The position numbers and the translations under genes are program-made. The notes under the pieces were generated by a model. The model did not search any database. It had not been told where the DNA came from and saw nothing but the letters and a program-made list of their open reading frames with translations. This document shows, piece after piece, positions 42,301 through 52,359 of a stretch of 64,000 nt of DNA (its first letter is position 1; every line of letters starts with the position of its first letter). The stretch lies in NCBI GenBank assembly GCA_964247055.1, contig OZ176053.1, positions 5,890,001 through 5,954,000 on the forward strand, read 5' to 3'. The stretch is from Paragordius varius. Taxonomy: Eukaryota; Animalia; Nematomorpha.

Positions 42301-42751
42301 AAATACGAAATAATATATATTTTTTTAATTGGGTACACTTGTTTACATTAAATAATGGAATATTGCTAAAATGTGAAATATTTTCAAAAGTTGTACCTAT
42401 TATTATTATATCATAAATATGCATCAGAGTGGGACAAAAAAATTTGACATATAAGAATTTTGGTTTTGATTATGTATATATTGGATTGAATTATAAATAA
42501 AAGTAGCATAATAATTGTTTTATGTTCAAACGAAAGTGTTAAAATATTAATCATATGCTTTGTCCACATGTTTATTAAATTTTACTGGTTTTTAAATGAG
42601 ATTACTACTATTCTATGAAAAAAATAAATATTCAATAATAACACTTTTTATTTTGACAAATAAACTAAAACTGTAATTAACGTACCTGTTTATATTGCGA
42701 AATGATTTTATTCAAAGATATCGGCATTGTTGGTTTTTCTCGCGGATGCAT
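9369..42751 (-). CDS. unc-53: Neuron navigator / UNC-53 / Sickie homolog, ~27 exons, ~2285 aa; CH domain, Asn/Ser-rich middle, coiled coil; no AAA+ domain seen
   Basis: Phase-consistent GT-AG exons: 42686-42751, 40921-41101, 40689-40741, 40238-40310, 39767-39929, 36867-37339, 32283-32444, 26704-27350, 21563-21788, 21098-21489, 20451-20478, 19149-19266, 17447-18364, 16781-17084, 15367-16240, 14397-14572, 14049-14319, 13325-13402, 13168-13217, 12926-13024, 12283-12391, 12131-12220, 11963-12051, 11772-11857, 11631-11680, 11232-11403, 9369-10278 (6858 nt). NAV hallmarks: VYTDWANHYL, IQDLQMDLKDGTILSQLI, DGNLKSILGLLFNLSRY (CH domain), GYASDGE, EILKLKRELESAQEKVNSLTNQLSTNASVVAAFEQSL, KKKRNWLRSSFTKAF. 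Family call is strong; the first exon and some boundaries in low-complexity exons are less certain. Confidence 0.85.
22037..22304 (+). repeat. 5' LTR (268 bp)
   Basis: TGTAAGGTTATAAT...AATAAATCAACCTTACA; identical by eye to 26315-26582. Confidence 0.97.
22307..22315 (+). promoter_or_regulatory. Primer-binding site, complementary to the tRNA-His 3' end
   Basis: TGGTGCCGT starts 2 nt after the LTR. It is the reverse complement of ACGGCA-CCA, the 3' end of eukaryotic tRNA-His; only 9 nt match. Confidence 0.65.
22325..26263 (+). CDS. Gag-Pol polyprotein (1312 aa): Gag with two Zn knuckles, protease, RT, RNase H, integrase
   Basis: CSNCGYRHGSATC and CFNCDKWNHFSTVC knuckles; YDTGA protease; LPFGL and YLDD RT; ETDAS/EKEA/TDH RNase H; H-x3-H...C-x2-C plus HIDVAGP / VTDNA / NGLVER integrase; PR-RT-RH-IN order; no stops. 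Confidence 0.97.
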   Translation: MSQALDISKLILEPFKEPMNFTQYIRHIRRVLNSKNIESNDTTMKRTFLAFGGIQVIMKIETLAFPKLIDDMEWEEIATLATQIYSPISSLWLNRVEFYRLKKMPDESVMDFLERLKAKCEAGKFEGDIQSKLRDLFLVGLENPRVEREIQSKYPDGKKDGGPVTLQAIVDIAYSYELEDKKVHNIRDNNDMNNNNTSELPSSIQPVVNDNNTINQITRKLCSNCGYRHGSATCPAKGKRCFNCDKWNHFSTVCKATFRRPSIRTMTSPNNTPRIQVLINNIPTTFIYDTGAEVSVIGKRTWVNIGRPRLLPAPNLRTYNDGPIEVLGKSMISVVLNEEEKCLPCVVTQTNPPAVFGMNWMRAFRLEFPKNVFSVLHTQAPNNKMLFDYFDKLFSDELGTFKGPPIKLFIDPGAKPKVFPCRRVPLTLKPLVENEIDRLVKLKILRPIDPTQTPITWASPTVNIVKGNGEIRICADFRISINRYLAKDSHLIPTFDELATKVANGIIFSTLDLKDAYLQFPIDRASQTLVTITTHKGFYAYQRLPFGLTSAPMIFQRCMDNLLKDIPGICVYLDDVLISGATREEHDQRLREVFRRLQEAGLRLRRDKLQIGISRVKYMGYVISDQGIEPSNEKLEAIKNCPTPTNKTELRSFLGLINFHERFIPNCHPHLATLHKLSGKNTPWRWTPADDSEFAKAKSLLTRPPALMPFNDRFPLLIETDASNKGFGAILFHKTPQGKRPIFYASRTCSIAEKGYSTIEKEAKAIVFALEKFKYFIYGRPFEIYTDHKPLVSLFGRKRDINNINNSKLLRWISKTIGYEYEIFYKKGEENLADALSRLPIEHSQPDDEDDAATKQVRFLALKTLDVNKKVVEEATITDQRLSKVKNALRTNSWIDEDLKPFLKHKNDLECCYNLLYLNDRLVIPQAMQETILKLLHTGHSGLKTMKAQARCSVFWPELDTDLENYVERCEACQTYRPNAPENLPYRWNFNTLTWERLHIDVAGPVDGYYWLVTIDSASRWVEIDLLKSITSQSVLNCLEKHIARFGFPRQIVTDNATYFTSREFTTLLNHMNIKHICAAPYHPKTNGLVERVIKTLTTKYAATKTQQMHAYEAINTVLYSYRTSMHSSLKETPSAIFLKRRVHNPISWVKTTPVEFIEHENEPRREFQQDDPVYIKNEMAVGWRPGHILERRGLLSYEVQDEEGIRKRKHADQLRRRSGGNSYETNPLIEHKYPSVESVPGHVEAHSEQTFHPTSESQIVHAPTPATSWQDVAPESLTPVEATPDVVKEVSDLPERRYPLRRRQPPDRLNL
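26302..26314 (+). promoter_or_regulatory. Polypurine tract
   Basis: AGGGGGAGAGTAA lies immediately before the 3' LTR. Confidence 0.85.
26315..26582 (+). repeat. 3' LTR (268 bp)
   Basis: Same sequence and length as the 5' LTR; followed by TSD ATTAC. Confidence 0.97.
28291..30347 (+). mobile_element. Decayed hAT DNA transposon (2057 bp) in a NAV intron
   Basis: TIRs CAGTGGCGTACCGAG / CTCGGTACGCCACTG; eroded 8-bp flanks gttgaaag / tttataag (5 of 8 match); internal transposase remnants. Confidence 0.85.
29150..30210 (+). pseudogene. hAT (ZMYM1-like) transposase pseudogene
   Basis: Fragments such as LIHHENSLNHRKAFTTWKE, IQLSNCRSQCYNNAAVMYGHILGVQQRILEN...FVN*DNYSLNLVG (cf. hAT CRGQSYDNAANMSG...GVQ.RI....FVPC.NHSLNL) and TIRWDLLK, broken by stops and frameshifts. 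Confidence 0.8.
33209..33800 (-). mobile_element. 5'-truncated RTE-clade (BovB-like) LINE remnant with (CAA)-like tail
   Basis: Minus-strand translation ...EIKRRIAIAK...KTKIRLIKATVFPTFLYEGE/WTLKKYDERLINSFELWV*RKLLQIKWT...QKLSFFGHIMKANSLEKSLMLGKVSGARKRGKGRTRWMDNI matches the RTE C-terminus. It has stops and a frameshift; tail caacaacgacaactacaac at about 33209-33227. Confidence 0.85.
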
Positions 42752-45700
42752 TTTGGTGATGAGAATAGAGGGAAAAATTATTTAAAAAAGTTAATTTTAA
42801 TCGATTGTCTTTAAAAATTTAATTATTTGTGCAAAATATATATCATTATGTTTAAGAAGAAATATTTTTCATCAATATGTAAATTAAATTCAGGATAAAA
42901 GGATATCAATTTACAATCTTGCTGATACATTTATTTTCTCTTGTTATATAACGATATAGGAATCTTCTCTTAAATATCAATTTCCTGCCTGTGTTACATC
43001 CAAGCATTATAATTTTCGATAAATTTTTATCCACCCTACATTTTGAATATGTTGATTGGTACGTAGCCTCATTCGGAATTTTATTTTCATAACATTTTTT
43101 TCTAATTGTCAGTTTTAGATATACTATGTCATGATGGATATTCAAAAAAAGTAGTAACAATAGAATGAAAATCAAACCCAGTTATTAGATTAATTTTAGC
43201 AAGATTATTTGTCATAGTTTGGGCACAATATTAAAATCAAAAACTAATGGATGATAAAAGCCAAAAATGCATAAGAAATGCTTATATTCATGGTATATTG
43301 TAAATTATATAATAGAAAGTTAGAGACTTGTATATAATTATTTTTACACAGGACTATTTTATATATCATATTCTACATTTGAGTAGAAAATTGATTTTAC
43401 TATAAAGTATAGTAGATAGTAAAAGTCAATGTGCCTGCCTTAAATATATTTTTAATCCTAACCATGTCCAGTAGCGTATGGTAAAAAACAACCATTGATT
43501 ACAGTTAAACATTGTTGCGTCTCATATGCTAGCATTTTGTTGTATTATGGACAAAGTATATTTCAAACCATACGTTACTGTTCAATATTAATGGAATGTA
43601 GGCACGTACATGTGTGTCTCTAAGCGCAATATACTATTACCAGCAGTTTTTTAGAGCCTTTTTTTATTAATTTTTTTCCTATAAAATAATATAACAAAAA
43701 ATGACTGAGGGAAAAAATGTATATATTGAAATCCTTCCTGTTTTCCATTTCTCTAAAATAATGTAAAAAAAACACTTGTAATTATTTTCCCTTAGACCTA
43801 TCCTAATCAATAAAATATAATTTTATGTAAAATGTAGAATTTTTAAGGAATTTTATACTAGAAATTTTGAATGATGTTAATTGCAGATTACTGGGAATAT
43901 CTGTTTTAATTTTTTTTCAAAAAAAACGTAATAAAAATTTTGTTATTTCAAACAGAGTTTTGTAATACATATAGAAAAAATAATGTTTATTATTAATTTT
44001 TAGATATATATTTTTAAATATATATTTTTCAATATATTTTAACAAATAAATTTTTAAATATATTTATTTTTCTTTGATTCCGACAATAAATAACATAATG
44101 AGGGATGGTTTAGTTATCAACACTGTGAAAATTATTTTTTAGTCAAATATTAATATATTCCATTTCTAATATTAATGAGCCTTTTTCAGCTTTAGTCACA
44201 TATATAATTTTTGGTTGGCTAAGAAATCGATAATAATAATATTATTATATAGTGGTAACATCAAACCTGCATTTTTTTAATATTAATTTTAGTTTAAAAA
44301 GAGGTAAATTTGTCAATTCGATGAAGTTTGAAAATTAAATGATGGGGCGCATTTTCTCATACGAAATTTGAAACATATAAGCTAATCAAAAATTAATATT
44401 AGTAGGTTGATTATCTATTTAATTTGGTCAGTTTTAAAAGTTGGTGTAGCCACAAAGTAAAACCTATAACAATTCTTCAATGCAAAAATGTTATCGATAA
44501 TATAATTATATTTAAATCAGAGCTAAACAAGAGTTCATATGTCCAAAAAATGGTTTTATCCTTTTTTGCCTTTGCATGTACACTTTGGTTATACCAACAT
44601 AACGGGTTTCGAAAAATACTGCTTAGTCTTATTTTTGAAATCTATTAACAGAAGATAAGCAATGATTTATCAGTAAAGAGCCTACATTGGGCCTCCTACA
44701 CCTCTAGACTATTAGGCCTCAGGGAATATCGCCAAGTCAAAGATCATGAATATTAATTTCCGATATTTGCATAAATAATATTTTTTATCATTTTGATCTC
44801 ATCAAAAATAATTATCTTGCTTGTGTTATGTTGTAAAAACTGAAAACAAACAGTCTTTCAGTCTAACTGTCAGATAATATATAGGATGTTTTTTTACCTT
44901 TTCTTGTCAAATTACAAAAAAATAAAAATTAAACCGCACGACAAAAATCGTTAGATTTTCATACCAGATTGGTAATTTTAGGAAAGTTAATGCCCTAGCT
45001 AGTGTTTTATCAAACTTCCAAATCAAACATATAAGAAATGTTGCTACATCTCTTGTTTCATAGGACTATGTATACGGTGGTTGAACCTTTGCCTTAATAT
45101 TTGCTCTAACGTACGGATGTTTAAACAACAACTTATTCATGGATATTATGATCTAATGCTCCAAAAAGATTTAGGTCTATGTGAACGAGCAATGAACTAG
45201 GCATTAGGGTAAAAACTTAAATGAATCAATATTTAAAAAGTCTTAAAGCAATTGAGATAAGATAATTAGCCACCATTTTTGTGGCCAATAAAATTTAAAA
45301 TTGCGACTCAATAATGGGAAAAAAATATTAGACTCACGAGTCGGCTTTGGCTCATTCACATATGCAAATTTGAGTCAGCTTTGACTTATTCGCAGTTTTA
45401 GATTGTGTTAACTCAAAAAGTATCCAAAATTCCATTTGATTGTAATTAATTGAAATCGCTAAAACTCTTGATTGATGACCCATTATAGTATATTATCTAA
45501 TTATTTCAAATATAAACTTAGACAATATATATATATATATATATATATATACATTGTGATAAGCTTTTGACTCTTAGTTAATGACTTGTGCGCAATTTTC
45601 TAATTTAAAAATTTATATATGGATTTATTTGAATGGTTAAATTTTTATATTTTTAGGGTTATTTCTCACCATAAAACTCAAAACTTAACTAAATGATCAT

Positions 45701-46164
45701 AGTTCACCCCTTTCTTCAACTTTTTTGTGAACTGATTCTTTTACCTCTTTTTGTGCTTACGTCTGCTTAAAATTAATAATGAGCTATATAAACATAAAAA
45801 ACCTATTTTTAATGGTAATTATTTTATTATTCCGATTATTTAAATTTCATAAGACTTTTTTGTAAAAAAAATTGTACTTTAACACCGCACAAAAGGAGAT
45901 GCAACTGTATTGCACAGTGTATAATTAAATTTTAATAAAACATATTCTTAACATTCTTTCTTTAATAAATTAAGGATTATTTAATCTGATTTTATCTAAC
46001 GGTATATAAGCTAGGACTACAAGACCAAATAAAAAATAAAAAATACCAATTTATTTTATAGAAGTCAGTTTTTATGATAATCATTATGATCTGCTTGACC
46101 TTATTGCTTACGGATGCATTCAAAAACGCTCAACATATTACTTGGATACAACACACTCATTTTA

Positions 46165-46720
46165 GTCCTTCGATTCAAATTGGGGTAGTTGGATACCCCA
46201 GGCCTGTTTAAAATCAAATGCATTAGAAAGTATGGAAGGAATCGAAACCATGGCAAAATTTTGCACTTTAATAACATTAAAAACCGAAATATAAAAAAAA
46301 TTTTATTCAAAAATACTTGATATTCCATATTTTAAGCTAAAACCAAAAGGTAAAAATTTCGTCAACGTGACATGTGTTAAAATGTAAAATTAAAAAATTA
46401 TACAAACTAAACTGCTTTTTCTATTTCTATCAATGTTAGCTGAAATATATAAAAAAAATTAGCTTTAGTTTTAGCCTTAAAATTAAATAAAGACGATATT
46501 TTGCAAAAATTTCGTAAAATAAAAATGGCGTCGAAGTACTTTGAGATGGAGCTTTTTTATCAAAACAAAATTTTATCAAGATATTTTGGCATATTTATAT
46601 AATATTTATCAGGATGGAAGCATAAATTTAAATTGGGACCGTTTCTTTCAGTAGTTTTTTTAAAAATATTAATTTAAATTAAGTCTGGGGCATTTAAATA
46701 CCCCAATTTGCATCGAAGTG
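46165..46720. mobile_element. TTAA-flanked MITE family (piggyBac-like), copy 1; other copies at ~50575-51004 and 59377-59899 in the opposite orientation
   Basis: TIR-like ends gtccttcgattcaaattggggta / taccccaatttgcatcgaagtg|ttaa. Internal blocks (ccatggcaaaattttgcact, ttttgcaaaaatttcgtaaaataaaaatggcgtc, aattgggaccgttt) recur as reverse complements at 59377-59899 and more weakly at 50575-51004. Confidence 0.7.
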
Positions 46721-49700
46721 TTAAACCAATCAAATATTTTAATAGCTCAAAAAAATAATAAAATAAAAAATTCGAATTTTATAAATACATTTTATACCGT
46801 TATTTTTTATTTTTGGTAACTTGAGAAACATAGGTAAACGAGTTTTAAATGAATATCAAATTTTTTTTAACTTTTTGATAAATTAAATGTTTACCTGGTA
46901 ATTTGCTAATGATGTATATAAAATGAAATTATTGAATGTTTTGTTTTTCCCAAAAAATATAGCGGCTAAAGGTTTGTGCAATTTTAATATTTTGATGGGC
47001 CAAAATTTTTTAAATAATCCATATTCAAATACCTTAATATAGGAAAATTATATTTATTGAGCAATATATACTGATATATAATGTTTATTTAGTATAGCTC
47101 GAGAAATTATACTGAAATATAGATTGACTGTCGTAATAAACTTCAAAATATTATATTTATAACATAATGGGATGTTAAATCTGAATTTATAACTACCACA
47201 ATTAATAAAATCTAAAAATACGGTATAAAAAAGGGTAGAAACATCGTTGATACAAGATCTAAGAAAATGAATATCCTGGAAGGGGTGTATACTTTAAAAA
47301 TTATTAATATTGTCAAATATTTCGATATATAATTTGCGCCACAAGTCTATCTATGCCATTTATCATATTGAGATGCATTTAATTTAATAATATTATTTAA
47401 AATATAATCCCAAGACCCCAAAGAAAAGATTAATTTTCTCCTTTAATAAATTTGTCATAGTCCAAAAAACTCGCTAGTAACTTGCCTATGATATGATTAA
47501 CCTTGATCCCATTATTTTAAAAAATTCATAATTCAAAAATATTATTTAACTTTCCCTTAAAAACTCGTATATGTAATAATACTCGATTTTCACCTAAAAA
47601 AATTAATAAGCTAATGTCCCATTAATGTTTTAAATATAATAAAATTAACCTTAGTGCAATGTTTGTATATGGCTCGATAAAAGTTTTTTGAATTTCGAAT
47701 TAGCGATGATTGCTCCTCCATTTTAGAATTGATTTTTTTCACAGAGGATGGAACAAATGATTTTTCATTTATAAAAGTATTTTTTCTATTTTCTTCACTG
47801 GGGTCCTCCATTTGAGAATGTTTAATCAGGTGAATATCGAAATAAAATAGATTTATAGGTAGCTGGAAAAAAGAAAAATAAGCATTAAATTTTATGTATT
47901 TAAATTTTTTTGAACCAAGGTCGTTTCACAAAAAAGCGAAAAATATTAGCGAAAAACATGGATATGAAGTTTAATAGCGGCTAAATTTTACACATGGACA
48001 GGTGTATATATATTTTTTGCGTCAAAGAATTTAAAAATGAAACTTTTTTTGAGAGACAAAATTTGTCTGTGATTTTTTCCGTAAAAATCATATGAAAGAA
48101 AGATATTGATAAGAATTAAAAGGCAGAATTCAGCCGGATATGTCAAACTATTTCTTCTTTATAACTCAATAAAAAGAATTGATGAGAAAAATAAAATTAC
48201 AGAAACATTAAAACCAATACTAATAATATGTACAATAACAGAAACCACAATTATCTTAATTGACTCTCCTAATCTAATAACATACATAACATTGTCAAAA
48301 ATATAACGTTAAAAAATGTTTAATGTCTGCTTTATAAATATTATTGATACCAGACACTAATGTTGATATATATCTAAAAAAATATTTAAATTATATTGGT
48401 AGCTTACATTTTATGAGCTAAAATTTTGGGTAGAATAATGAATAGGGAATGGTTATATATATTTTATGAATGACGCATATTATATTTAAATAAATTATCT
48501 ATTATTTATGGATTCTCTCTCATTAATATTGTGTTTATATTTTTTGTAGATTCTATCTTAAAGCTAGAAAAATATTATTGGGCACAAAATAGAGATTTTA
48601 AGCGAATGATACTAAGGGAGGGAATTAGGGATGGATGGGGCATCATTTTTATATAATTGTTATTATTAAATTTTGTTTCGGATGAAAAAAATCTTTGGAG
48701 TACATCTGTCACATATTTTTATATCTAAAAATGGGATGCTCATCTATTTAAGATCTCTCGCATAAAAATATTACTACAACTCAAGTTATCTAAAATATTA
48801 ATTAATACAAGGATTGTTTGAACTAAGTTTAAAAGCCATTTGTTGTTATCTAACCATTTAAAAAACTTGTACCTTTGTGTTGTTGATCTTATCAATAAAA
48901 ATAGAAATCCCTACGGATCGCTTTTTTAAAATATAAAGAAAATGACCAACAAATATTAATTATAGAGTTATCCAATACAAACAATCTAAATACCTCCAAC
49001 ACCGCATCTAGTTGAAAGCAAGCCCTCTAAATATTCCAACTAGCAACGGATGAAAAAAATTAGCCGTCTTAATATATATACTTGTCCATCGGAAAAATAA
49101 CTGTAATAGCATATCTCGCTTATAGATATATTTTCCAGTAATGACGCCCTCGGTAAAGATTTTTTATTGAAACATCAAAAAAGTGCTCATAATACTTTAA
49201 TATTGCCCACAAGCACTTAAAATGGCAAAATTAGGTTCCCCAATAAATATCAAAGTACCAAGTTTGATTTGGTTTAGAAATTATGGTTATGTTTCGGTAA
49301 TAAACTGCGTAAGTGCTGTATATCACATTGAGCTTAATTAATAATTATTATTAGAACGAAATTGTAAAATTAGTTTAATCAAATTGTTAAAGTAAATTAT
49401 TTTTACTACGAGCCATAATATTATATCAACAATTAGTACATTACTGCATTTAAGACATACTTAATTAGAATATATAGTTTATCTGGGTTTTTATTATATG
49501 TACACAATAATCCTGACCATGTTTCTCAAAAACTATGCGTTGCGGTACATATAAGGAAAAATAGCGGAGCAACTTACAAACAAGATTATATCAATGCTAT
49601 TTATAAAATTTGAACTGGATGTAAAACTAGGAATGCAAGTTATAGAACAAAAAATCCGGCGTTCAACTGATTCTAAGCGGTTGATTATATGAACGTCCTA

Positions 49701-49942
49701 AACGAAGTAGGTTCATCTTGAACTGCCATCAATTAATATGTGATTATTTTAAATTAAATAAAAAAGAATCGATTTCATTATTTCTATAAGTGTTTGTAAA
49801 ACTTCGTTTGTGACAATTCCACAAACATAATACACGATACCATCTCACAGCAGGTTACAATAACTAATTATTTGAGGATGGAGTGAAAATTAGAAAATTA
49901 GTAAAAAAAATTAAAGTTATATTTAATTTTTTATATTTTATT

Positions 49943-49947
<5 letters not shown>

Positions 49948-49974
<27 letters not shown>
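49948..49974. repeat. (AT)n microsatellite (another at ~45525-45550)
   Basis: Direct reading: atatatatatatatatatatatatata. Confidence 0.9.
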
Positions 49975-49975
<1 letters not shown>

Positions 49976-51462
49976 GGTTAAATTTATTTTGAAACTTCTA
50001 TTTTGTCTATATCTTTTTGATTTGGTTTACACAAGGCGAAGTTGGGGACGTTTAATAATTATTTTCCTATAAGTATGATGTATCACGCGTTTTTAACAGG
50101 AGGACTCATTTAAAACTTCATTAAATCATTTTTTATAAAAGAAATATTTTTATATCATAGATAGTATTATGGAAGTGGTTTATATGATGAATGATATAGC
50201 TGAGTCTTTATATTTTTTAGAGAACCACTTTGGTATCGTGAAATATAAATCGTTTTTTAGACAATTATATGTTGAAATTATGTTTTTTTTGAAAATATAA
50301 GGTATGCATCCTCAGTGACTAAAATGATAAAATTTTAATTTAGAGTTTTATATACTGGTATTTGAGATCATAGATTACTGTTTACTAATATATATAATAT
50401 AAGATTTATTTTTAAAAATTATTTGTTTAGATATGGGATTCTAAAAATAATAACGGAATAGCATGATAGTTTTAGGATTTTATTCAAAGAATTAAAAATT
50501 TAAAGATTATTTAAAATAACAAATAAAACATCACTTTCCAAAATTTTACTTGGTTATAAACGCTATTTCATTAACATTTAGAGTCAAATTGGGGTATACA
50601 AAGGAGACGGTTCCAATTCAAATTTATGTTTCTCTTATAATATGAAAATAAGCCAAAATATTAAAACAAAATTTTGTTTTGAAAAAAATTTCCATGTCAA
50701 ACTTTTGAGGCCATTTATAACGACAATTTTGCAAAATATCGTGTTAGTTAATTTTTTATTAAAATTACATCTAATCTATATATGAACATATGGTCGATTT
50801 TAGATTATTTTTATATTTAGCCAATGCACACATGTCATGTTGACTAAACTTTTTGGGTTTATCCACAGAATAAGTAATATCAAGTTCTTTTAATAGAATC
50901 TCTTTTTAATTTCGATTCAATGTTATATAAGTGCAAACTTCTGCTATGGTTTAGATTTGTACCCTAGCAGGCGTAAGGTCCCCATTGTATGGATTACTGA
51001 AGACAAATGTTAAAGGTGTTAAACCCTAACCCTTCTTGCGGTATTTAAAAATTTCTTATATCTACCTTATAAATATTTCTATTGTGTGGTTTATGTGTAA
51101 ACAATAATAATACTTTTTTCCAATTTGTATTATAAAACAATGGATTGAAAAATCTTTATTGAATGCTCGAAGCCAAAAAGTTAGAAAGAGAACTATGGAA
51201 GAGATTTAAATGGTTTGTCTTGCAATTGTAATTGCTACATATATCCCCTATTTTATTTTTTTCATATATTATTTCCTAGAGGGCCTGTTTTATTTATAAT
51301 CTAACAATTAAAAATTATTATATCTAATCTGTATTTTAAAAGGTATAATATAAATAGTGTACAAAATCACAATCATGAAATATTTTAAAACCATGTACTC
51401 GTTTAGTTTTATCATATGGTGATATTTCGTTACATTTAAATAGCTGATATACCCACGTTAGA

Positions 51463-52332
51463 ATGGACCAATTTTATAAGCTTTATTTTACTTTTTTGGA
51501 ATGCCCCAATTTACGATTGAAAAAACCTAATTGGATCCAATACCCTGCTCCAATGACTGTATTTGGTTGCTTAATGTTTTTTTACTTTATTATCACTGGA
51601 GGTAATAGTATATATATTTTTTAGGAATTATATATGACGTTATAAATGAACCGCCCAGTATTGGCTCTGCTACGGATGAATATGGAAGATCCAGACCAGT
51701 TTATTTTTATCTATTTTTCAATCCATAGGTAGCATTTATGGCAGGTCGAATAAACGGCCAATTTATTATGGAAGGCTTAACATCCAGTTTTATGTTTTGC
51801 CTTGGTGGTTTAGGATTCGTAATTTTGGATAAATCGAATCAACCTAATTTACCCAAACTCAATCGAATGATGTTTATGTTTATGGGGATTTGTTTTGTGC
51901 TCATACCCTATATTGCCTGCCGAATATTTATGGGCATTAAATTATAGTAAATTTACTTGTAATTATATAAATCTAAGACATTTTTAAAATTTAAAAAACG
52001 ATCGCTGAACTATTATTAGAACTAAAACGCGGTTCTTTTAATAAAATACTTTGGATTATTTTATTTAATAACAATATTAAACTTATTTTTCAATATTAAT
52101 TTATTTTCTTGAAAAGTATATCTTTTGGATTTCGTTCAACAGACATATACCCATAAAAATAATACTATTGTTATAGACATAATATTATAAAATCAAAAAA
52201 AAAGATTTTTTAAAATAATTAACCTTTTAAGACCAAGTAAAATAATATTTTTTAATTTCTCAATACAACCAATTTATATATTTATAATGATTAAATATTA
52301 TTTTTTAAACACATAGTGGTTACATGCGATAA
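51463..52332 (+). CDS. OSTC: Oligosaccharyltransferase complex subunit OSTC (DC2), 148 aa, 4 exons
   Basis: Exons 51463-51601, 51625-51698, 51729-51946, 52317-52332 (447 nt): [24 protein letters not shown]...[77 protein letters not shown]...KL/YGYMR. Colinear with the known OSTC sequence; introns 23, 30 and 370 nt. Confidence 0.95.
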
Positions 52333-52359
52333 CAAAATGCATTGGATATAACAACATGA

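Noticed and set aside
42906-43175. 89-aa minus-strand ORF just upstream of NAV exon 1
   Set aside because: AT-rich, no motif and no convincing splice link; consistent with a chance ORF.
48900-49860. Slightly GC-richer patch that looks like decayed coding sequence
   Set aside because: All frames are interrupted and I could not build a spliced model or assign a family. Probably an old transposon fragment.
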